A stretch of DNA of 64,000 nucleotides from Acidobacteriota bacterium (lineage in GTDB: Bacteria > Actinomycetota > Actinomycetes > Actinomycetales > Microbacteriaceae): the NCBI GenBank assembly GCA_019352055.1, contig JABBOB010000006.1, forward strand, positions 10,974 through 74,973, read 5' to 3'. The position numbers and the translations under genes were made by a program. Positions 57,809 through 64,000 of this stretch are shown here, piece by piece. A model generated the notes under the pieces. The model ran no database searches. It was not told the DNA's origin and worked only from the letters and a program-made list of their open reading frames with translations. How positions within the stretch are numbered: position 1 is the stretch's first letter; each line of letters opens with the position of its first letter.

Positions 57809-58382
57809 CGTCGCACTCCTTGGTTCCTCGTGGATCCGGGGTCGTGCCCGGCGACTCCTTCGGTCAGGTCGCTGAGCATGCTAGCGGGTGACCGGCGTCG
57901 CGCCTCCCGGTGCTGAGCCCCGGACGGGGGACGCAGTCCACAGCGCGGAATCGAGTGGAGGAGGAGAGAGATGAAGAAGGACAATCACACTCTTAACAGG
58001 TGTGCACACTGTGGATAACTCGGTGCAACCGGCCTGCTGAGCGGGAACTACACGGCTGTCAGATGTCGAAACCGTGCGGACGGACGGAGGAGTCCGCTGC
58101 GGCTCCATGTTGACGCGTCGAGGTCGACTCCACATCGCCCCAGGGGGAGGGGTCCCCGGACGGGGGTCCCGACCCGAGTTATCCACAACTCCCTCACATG
58201 GGGGTGGATTCTCGGGCCTGCCGCGACGAACGTCCTGATCGGCGGCCGAAGTCGGGATGCGGACCGCTGTCGGAGGGCCCTGATAGGGGCTCGGCGTCGG
58301 CCCGGGTCGATCGAGGCGGCGGTCCCCGGTTGGACGGCGTGCCCGCTCGAGCGGGACCCGAAGCGGCGGTCCAGCGGGCCGG
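57809..58382. other. oriC: Chromosomal replication origin (oriC) in the dnaA-dnaN spacer
   Basis: Perfect DnaA boxes TGTGGATAA (58010-58018) and TTATCCACA (58179-58187). Degenerate boxes at 57829-57837, 57934-57942, 58126-58134 and 58203-58211. A 40-nt purine/AT-enriched stretch at 57961-58000 is about 45% G+C by my count. Confidence 0.8.
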
Positions 58383-59801
58383 TCAGCGTCGGTAGCGCTG
58401 CTCCTGCTTGATCCGGCTCGTGAGCTCGGTCACCTGGTTGTAGATGGAGCGGCGCTCCTTCATGAGCTCGCTGATCTTCTTGTTCGCGTACATCACCGTG
58501 GTGTGGTCGCGACCGCCGAAGAGCTGACCGATCTTCGGCAGCGAGAGGCTCGTGAGCTCGCGGCACAGGTACATCGCGATCTGCCTGGCGCCCGCGATCT
58601 GCTGCGACCGGCTCGACCCGAACAGGTCGTCGGTGGAGAGCTTGAAGTAGTTGGCGACCGCTTCGATGATGTCGCCGGGCGCGATCACGTTGTCCTCGTC
58701 GAGGGTGATCAGGTCCTTGAGCACCGTCTGCACGAGCGCCATGTCGACCGGGGCGCGGGTCAGGCTCGCGAAGGCGGTGACCCGGATCAGCGTGCCCTCG
58801 AGCTCGCGGATGTTGCTCGAGACCTTCGAGGCCATGAACTCGAGGATGTCGTCCGGGACCTGCAGCTGGTCGTTCTGCGCCCGTTTGCGGAGGATCGCGA
58901 TGCGCGTCTCGAGGTCGGGCGTCTGGACGTCGGTGATGAGCCCCTGCTCGAAGCGCGACCGCATCCGGTCCTCGAACCCGGTCAGCTGACGCGGTGCGAG
59001 GTCGGAGGTGATGACGACCTGCTTGTTGTGGTCGTGCAGGGTGTTGAACGTGTGGAAGAAGGCCTCCTGGGTGGAGTCCTTGCCCGAGAGGAACTGGATG
59101 TCGTCGATCAGCAGGACGTCGACATCGCGGTAGCGCGCTTGGAAGGCCTGCGTGCGGTTCGTCGCGATCGAGTTGATGAAGTCGTTGGTGAACTCCTCGC
59201 TCGACACGTACCGCACCCGGATGCCCGGGTAGAGCCCCATCGAGTAGTGGCCGATGGAGTGCAGGAGGTGCGTCTTGCCGAGACCGGAGTCGCCGTAGAT
59301 GAACAGCGGGTTGTAGGCCTTCGCCGGCGACTCGGCGACGGCGAAGGCCGCCGCGTGCGCGAACCGGTTGGACGAGCCGATGACGAAGGTCTCGAAGGTG
59401 TAGCGCTCGTTGAGCCGCGACTCGGTGCCCGGGGTGATCACGGGCGTCTCGGGGGCGGACTCGATGGGGGCGCTCGCCGGGCGCTCACGCGGGGGAGCGG
59501 CAGGGGGCGGGGGCGCCGACGAGTCGTAGTCCGGGACGATGTCCGGGTTCACCGTCACGGCGAAGGTGTGGATGTCGAACTCCTCCTCCAGACCGCCGAT
59601 CGCCTCCGCGAGCGGTAGACGCCCGCGCTGCTCGAGCATCGACCGGGAGAAGTCGTTCGGGACCTCCAGGTAGAGCACCCCGGCCATGACGCCCTTCGGC
59701 TCGACCAGGCTGATGAACCCGTGGAGCTGCGGACCGACGCGGGAGTCCGTCGCGAGCGCGGCGCGGATCCTGCCCCACGCGTCCACCGCGACATCCGTCA
59801 T
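58383..59801 (-). CDS. dnaA: Chromosomal replication initiator protein DnaA
   Basis: ...YTFETFVIGSSNRFAHAAAFAVAESP..AYNPLFIYGDSGLGKTHLLHSIGHY...LLIDDIQFL...TSD...NIRELEGTLIRV...IAMYLCRELTSLSLPKIGQLFGGRDHTTVMYA. ATG at 59801 within a longer track ORF. Confidence 0.97.
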   Translation of the reverse strand: MTDVAVDAWGRIRAALATDSRVGPQLHGFISLVEPKGVMAGVLYLEVPNDFSRSMLEQRGRLPLAEAIGGLEEEFDIHTFAVTVNPDIVPDYDSSAPPPPAAPPRERPASAPIESAPETPVITPGTESRLNERYTFETFVIGSSNRFAHAAAFAVAESPAKAYNPLFIYGDSGLGKTHLLHSIGHYSMGLYPGIRVRYVSSEEFTNDFINSIATNRTQAFQARYRDVDVLLIDDIQFLSGKDSTQEAFFHTFNTLHDHNKQVVITSDLAPRQLTGFEDRMRSRFEQGLITDVQTPDLETRIAILRKRAQNDQLQVPDDILEFMASKVSSNIRELEGTLIRVTAFASLTRAPVDMALVQTVLKDLITLDEDNVIAPGDIIEAVANYFKLSTDDLFGSSRSQQIAGARQIAMYLCRELTSLSLPKIGQLFGGRDHTTVMYANKKISELMKERRSIYNQVTELTSRIKQEQRYRR

Positions 59802-59940
59802 CGACTGCTCTCCTCCCCTGCATTTCGGCGCGTGCATCATCGAGACGGGCGCGCTGGAGCGCGATGCCAGAGACCTGTGCTCCGTCGGGTGCCGGGAGCG
59901 ACGAGGGCCAACCGTAACGCCCGTCCGTTTCTCCGGGCAA

Positions 59941-60072
59941 GTCTCCACAGGCATGCTCCCGATGTGTGGAGAAACGCCGACAGGACTCCCGGAAGCACGC
60001 GCCCAGACCTGGGGACAACGGCGAATCACACCTGTGGAATTCGACCCTCGTCCTGGGGGCCGGTTGTCCGTG
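59941..60072. promoter_or_regulatory. DnaA-box-like sites in the rpmH-dnaA divergent promoter region
   Basis: GTCTCCACA (59941-59949), TGTGGAGAA (59965-59973), TGTGGAATT (60033-60041), TTGTCCGTG (60064-60072). Confidence 0.5.
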
Positions 60073-60182
60073 GTGTAGTGTGTTCCGGTTCCGCGGCGCA
60101 TGTTCTTGTGCCCGACCGACTTTCGCGCCCCGCCCGGTGATGCCGAGCGTTCGAGGTGCATCCGATCCCAGAGGTGACCGAA

Positions 60183-60320
60183 GTGACGAAGCGCACGTTC
60201 CAGCCGAACAACCGCAAGCGTGCCAAGGTGCACGGCTTCCGCCTGCGCATGCGGACCCGTGCCGGCCGCGCCATCCTCTCCGCGCGCCGCGCCAAGGGCC
60301 GCACCGAGCTCTCGGCGTAG
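60183..60320 (+). CDS. rpmH: 50S ribosomal protein L34
   Basis: My translation gives [45 protein letters not shown], 45 aa, with GTG start. Below the ORF-track length cutoff. Confidence 0.95.
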   Translation: MTKRTFQPNNRKRAKVHGFRLRMRTRAGRAILSARRAKGRTELSA

Positions 60321-60338
60321 GGGCCGCCCCTCTCCGTC

Positions 60339-60677
60339 GTGCTCGCGAAGGCGAACCGCATCGTCGCGGCGACCGACTACCGGCGCCTCGTCCGCTCGGG
60401 CCGCAAGGCTCGAGGTGCGCTGCTGCTCGCTTACGGGCAGCGTTCGGACCCGGCGGCGCCGATGCGCCTGGGCGTCGTCGTCGCTCGCAACGTCGGCAAC
60501 GCGGTGGTGCGCAACCGGGTCCGGCGCCGGATCAAGGCCGTCGGGTGGGTCGTGGCCCACGACGTGCAGGGCCTCGACGTCGTGATCCGTGCGCTGCCGT
60601 CCGCTGCGGCAGCCGACTTCTCCGCCATCGAGGCCGAGGTCCGGCACCACGTCGGCCTGCTGCAGGAACGCGCATGA
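60339..60677 (+). CDS. rnpA: Ribonuclease P protein component
   Basis: ...MRLGVVVARNVGNAVVRNRVRRRIKA... is the RNR motif. Position directly after rpmH. Confidence 0.9.
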   Translation: MLAKANRIVAATDYRRLVRSGRKARGALLLAYGQRSDPAAPMRLGVVVARNVGNAVVRNRVRRRIKAVGWVVAHDVQGLDVVIRALPSAAAADFSAIEAEVRHHVGLLQERA

Positions 60678-60973
60678 GGACCCTGCTGCTGCTCCCGCGG
60701 AACGCGGAGATCGCCATCCTGCGTCTGTACCGCGCCGTGGTCTCGCCCCTCTACGGCGACGTCTGCAGGTACCATCCATCCTGCTCCCGCTACGCCGTCG
60801 AGGCAGTGCAGCAGTGGGGAGTCGTCGTGGGCACAGCCCTGGCGATGTGGCGGGTGCTCCGCTGCAACCCGTGGTCGCGTGGAGGGGTCGACGACCCGCC
60901 CGCTCGCCCGCACCCCTCGTACCGCATCACCACGCACGGCTTCGTTCGGCCGGCAGAGCAGCCCGGAGGCTGA
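60674..60973 (+). CDS. yidD: Membrane protein insertion efficiency factor YidD
   Basis: ...AILRLYRAVVSPLYGDVCRYHPSCSRYAVEAVQQWG...RVLRCNPWSRGGVDD. ATG at 60674 overlaps the rnpA stop (ATGA). Confidence 0.9.
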   Translation: MRTLLLLPRNAEIAILRLYRAVVSPLYGDVCRYHPSCSRYAVEAVQQWGVVVGTALAMWRVLRCNPWSRGGVDDPPARPHPSYRITTHGFVRPAEQPGG

Positions 60974-60977
60974 ACCG

Positions 60978-61961
60978 ATGGACCTCGTTGCGATCTTCGG
61001 TTACGTGCTGTGGCCCTTCAAATGGGTGATCGAAGCGATCCTGGTCGGTTTCCACGGCTTCTGGACCGCGATCGGGTTCGACGGCGCGGACGGTCTCACC
61101 TGGATCCTGTCGATCCTCGGCCTCGTGATCGTCGTGCGGGCGGCGCTGATCCCGCTCTTCGTCCGGCAGATCAAGAGCCAGCGCAAGATGCTGGAGCTCG
61201 CGCCGCAGCTGAAGAAGATCCAGGAGAAGTACAAGGGCAAGCGCGACCAGTTCTCCCGCGAGGCGATGAGCCGGGAGACGATGGAGCTCTACCGGAAGAC
61301 GGGCACGAGCCCGTTCTCGTCCTGCCTGCCGCTCGTGGCGCAGATGCCCATCTTCTTCAGCCTCTTCCAGGTGCTCGAGACCGCGCAGAAGAGCCCGGAG
61401 AAGGGCGGCGTCGGCCTGCTCACCCCGGCGCTCGCGACCTCGTTCGGGAAGTCCAACCTGTTCGGCGCACCGCTGCACGCGACGATCGCCGCCAACGAGG
61501 GCGTCGCGCTGGTGTCCCTGATCGGGATCGGGATGGTCATCCTCATGACGGCCACCCAGTTCATCACCCAGCTGCAGATCATGTCGAAGAACGTCTCCCC
61601 GGAGACGAAGGCCAGCCCCATGTACCGGCAGCAGCGCATGCTGCTCTACGTCCTGCCCCTCGTCTTCATCTTCTCCGGCATCACCTTCCCGCTCGGCGTG
61701 ATGTTCTACTGGGTGTTCTCGAACCTGTGGACCATGGGCCAGCAGTTCATCGTGATCCGCAACTCCCCGACGCCGGGCAGCGAGGCGGCCAAGGCGCGGG
61801 AGGTTCGGCTCGCGAAGAAGGCGGAGCAGAAGCGGCTCCGCTCCGGGACGCCCGACGGCGGGGCCCCCGAGCTCGTCGAGCCGCAGCCGAAGGTCAACAC
61901 GCAGCGCACCCAGCCCGTCGGCCGGGCGCGTTCGAAGCGGACGGGAGAACGACGGGCATGA
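60978..61961 (+). CDS. yidC: Membrane protein insertase YidC
   Basis: ...VVRAALIPLFVRQIKSQRKMLELAPQLKKIQEKYKGKRDQ...MELYRKTGTSPFSSCLPLVAQMPIFFSLF...MFYWVFSNLWTMGQQF. Confidence 0.95.
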   Translation: MDLVAIFGYVLWPFKWVIEAILVGFHGFWTAIGFDGADGLTWILSILGLVIVVRAALIPLFVRQIKSQRKMLELAPQLKKIQEKYKGKRDQFSREAMSRETMELYRKTGTSPFSSCLPLVAQMPIFFSLFQVLETAQKSPEKGGVGLLTPALATSFGKSNLFGAPLHATIAANEGVALVSLIGIGMVILMTATQFITQLQIMSKNVSPETKASPMYRQQRMLLYVLPLVFIFSGITFPLGVMFYWVFSNLWTMGQQFIVIRNSPTPGSEAAKAREVRLAKKAEQKRLRSGTPDGGAPELVEPQPKVNTQRTQPVGRARSKRTGERRA

Positions 61962-62485
61962 CGGACGCGGGCGCACCCATCGAGAGCGTCGGGACGACGC
62001 CGGTCGAGGACGACGTCGTCGGGCTGCAGGCCGCCCTGGACGGCGATTCGGACGTCGGGGACGTCGCGGCCGACTACGTCGAGGAGCTGCTCGACATCTG
62101 CGATCTCGACGGCGACATCGAGATCGAGGACGAGGGCGGGCGCACCACGGTCAAGGTGACGGGCGGCGACCTGCGGCTGCTGTCCGCCCCGGAGACCGTC
62201 GGCGCCCTGCAGGAGCTGACCCGGCTGGCGGTGCAGACGCGCACCGGCGGGTTCGCGCGCCTGACCCTCGACATCGGAGGCAGCCGCGACCAGCGGTCCC
62301 GCGAGCTCGCGGTGCTGGTCGACTCGGCCGTCTCCGCGATCGCGGACGGCGCGGCCGCGGTCCCGTTCGCACCCATGTCCTCGTACGAGCGGAAGCTCGT
62401 CCACGACCTCGCCTCCGAACGCGGTCTGCAGTCGCACTCCGAAGGCGAGGGCGGCGACCGGCACATCGTGCTGGCACCGGCGTGA
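61958..62485 (+). CDS. jag: Jag/KhpB-like RNA-binding protein (KH plus R3H domains)
   Basis: ...DYVEELLDICDLDGDIEIEDEG...PMSSYERKLVHDLASERGLQSHSEGEGGDRHIVL is the R3H domain. ATG overlaps the yidC stop. Confidence 0.85.
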   Translation: MTDAGAPIESVGTTPVEDDVVGLQAALDGDSDVGDVAADYVEELLDICDLDGDIEIEDEGGRTTVKVTGGDLRLLSAPETVGALQELTRLAVQTRTGGFARLTLDIGGSRDQRSRELAVLVDSAVSAIADGAAAVPFAPMSSYERKLVHDLASERGLQSHSEGEGGDRHIVLAPA

Positions 62486-63162
62486 GCCGCGGAGCGCTTC
62501 CAGGGGCCGCGGACCGGAGCGGGCCGACGGCTCCCGACGGCGTCGAGCCGGAGCCGGCCCAGGCGGCCGAGGTGTTCGGAGATCGGCTGCGCGTGGTGCG
62601 ACGCTACGCCGCCGATCTCGCGGAGCACGGCATCCTGCTGGGACTGATCGGTCCGCTCGAGCCGCCGCGGATCTGGTCGCGGCACGTGCTGAACAGCGGC
62701 CTGCTGGCCGAGTTCGTCCCCTACGGCGCGACCGTCGCGGACGTGGGCAGCGGGGCCGGCCTCCCGGGTCTCGTGCTCGCCGCCGCCCGCCCGGACACCG
62801 TGGTGACGCTCATCGAGCCGATGGAGCGCCGGGTCGCCTGGCTCGAGGACGAGAGCGCCCGCCTCGGGCTGGAGAACGTGATCGTGGAACGGGCGCGGGC
62901 CGAGGATTCGGCGCCGGGTCGGTTCGACGTCGTGACGGCTCGTGCGGTCGGTGCGCTCACCGGTCTGCTCCCGATCACGGCCCGGCTCGCGAAGCCGGGC
63001 GGCCGGCTCGCTCTGATGAAGGGCGCGTCGGTCGATGCGGAGCTCGAGAAGGCCATGAAGGTCGTGCGCCGCCTCGGCCTCGCGGATGTGCGTGTGGAGA
63101 TCGCGGGACGCGGCATGGCGTCCCTGGAAACGCGGGTCCTGGTGGCTACTGTGCCGGTTTGA
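62482..63162 (+). CDS. rsmG: 16S rRNA (guanine527-N7)-methyltransferase
   Basis: ...IWSRHVLNSGLLAEF...VADVGSGAGLPGLVLAAARPD..VTLIEPMERRVAWL...VTARAV. Confidence 0.9.
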   Translation: MSRGALPGAADRSGPTAPDGVEPEPAQAAEVFGDRLRVVRRYAADLAEHGILLGLIGPLEPPRIWSRHVLNSGLLAEFVPYGATVADVGSGAGLPGLVLAAARPDTVVTLIEPMERRVAWLEDESARLGLENVIVERARAEDSAPGRFDVVTARAVGALTGLLPITARLAKPGGRLALMKGASVDAELEKAMKVVRRLGLADVRVEIAGRGMASLETRVLVATVPV

Positions 63163-63203
63163 CCCCTGTACGGGGGTCGTCCACGGCAGACCTGAGGATC
63201 GAA

Positions 63204-64000
63204 GTGACACCCAGTTCAGCGCTCGACTCCCGAGGGTCGGGATTCGACGAGTCGACGCCCCTCGCCCGCGAGCTCGCGGACCTCACCGCCCGTCGTGCGC
63301 GGCTCCGCGGCAACGCGCTGCCGCGTCCGCAGGCCACCCGGATCTTCACGGTCGCGAACCAGAAGGGTGGTGTCGGCAAGACGACGACCACCGTCAACCT
63401 CGCGGCGGCGCTCGCGAAGTCGGGGATGCGGGTGCTGGCGATCGACCTGGACCCGCAGGGCAACGCGTCGACGGCGCTCGGTGTCGAGCACCGGCACGAC
63501 ACGATCAGCGTGTACGACGTCATCGTCGGCGATGCTCCGCTGTCGGACGTCGTGCAGAAGAGCCCGGAGTTCGACACCCTCTGGTGCGCTCCCGCGACAA
63601 TCCACCTCGCCGGCGCCGAGATCGAGCTCGTGTCCCTGGTCGCGCGCGAGCAGCGCCTCCGCACCGCCCTGAGCGCCTACCTCCAGAGCGCGGAGGAGCC
63701 GTTCGACTACGTGTTCATCGACTGCCCGCCCTCGATCGGGCTGCTCACGATCAACGCCTTCGTGGCTGCGACGGAGGTGCTGATCCCGATCCAGTGCGAG
63801 TACTACGCGTTGGAGGGGTTGTCGCAGCTCCTCCGCAACGTCGACCTGATCGAGAAGCACCTGAACCCGGCCCTCACCGTCTCCACGATCCTCCTGACCA
63901 TGTTCGACGGGCGCACGCGCCTCGCCAACGACGTCGCCGACGACGTCCGGAAGCACTTCCCCGAGCAGGTGCTCGGCAGCGTGATCCCGCGCGCGGTACG
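63204..64000 (+). CDS. parA: Chromosome partitioning ATPase ParA/Soj (partial; continues beyond the window end)
   Basis: My translation from GTG at 63204 gives ...RIFTVANQKGGVGKTTTTVNLAAALAKSGMRVLAIDLDPQGNAST...FIDCPPSIGLLTINAF... GAGGA SD upstream. No stop in the window, so it is absent from the ORF track. Confidence 0.9.
   Translation, partial: MTPSSALDSRGSGFDESTPLARELADLTARRARLRGNALPRPQATRIFTVANQKGGVGKTTTTVNLAAALAKSGMRVLAIDLDPQGNASTALGVEHRHDTISVYDVIVGDAPLSDVVQKSPEFDTLWCAPATIHLAGAEIELVSLVAREQRLRTALSAYLQSAEEPFDYVFIDCPPSIGLLTINAFVAATEVLIPIQCEYYALEGLSQLLRNVDLIEKHLNPALTVSTILLTMFDGRTRLANDVADDVRKHFPEQVLGSVIPRAV

Overview
High-GC actinobacterial chromosome segment (Micrococcales/Microbacteriaceae-like by gene content) that spans the replication origin. 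The backbone is the conserved ori-proximal block. On the minus strand lie dnaA, dnaN, gnd, recF, DUF721, gyrB, gyrA and DUF3566, followed by tRNA-Ile and tRNA-Ala. Diverging on the plus strand are rpmH, rnpA, yidD, yidC, jag, rsmG and parA (partial at the window end). oriC lies in the dnaA-dnaN spacer.

Further left is the mycobacterial-type Rv0009-Rv0020c syntenic block: ppiA, rhomboid, crgA, trpG/pabA, then pknB, pknA, pbpA, rodA, pstP, fhaB, fhaA and tRNA-Leu. A complete coproporphyrin-dependent heme pathway is present. It comprises hemA diverging from hemE-hemY, and a tightly overlapped hemQ-hemH-hemC-hemD-hemB-hemL operon. The remaining genes are housekeeping or accessory singles: putA with a LysR regulator, zwf, HAD, nucS, pepO, a serine hydrolase, LacI plus an MFS transporter, GNAT, a quinone oxidoreductase, a PNPOx-family protein, alkA-like, DUF805, NlpC/P60, Lrp and an amidinotransferase fragment.

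I see no CRISPR array, no intact mobile element and no convincing novel multi-gene system; most of the window is core genome. The observations most worth a second look are:
- a DnaA-box cluster with an 11-bp tandem repeat in a promoterless convergent spacer about 18 kb from oriC;
- a 45-bp perfect palindrome inside the gyrB-gyrA spacer;
- a frameshift-decayed SipW-type peptidase / LamG secreted-protein cassette plus a DUF6197-like ORF wedged between putA and tRNA-Ala;
- a nested four-copy CAGCAGGAA inverted-repeat structure after nucS;
- a DUF805 membrane protein with a long unassigned C-terminal domain.

Many long ORFs in the supplied track are antisense or off-frame shadows typical of high-GC DNA and were discarded. 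All family assignments come from reading the translated sequences by eye, not from database searches.
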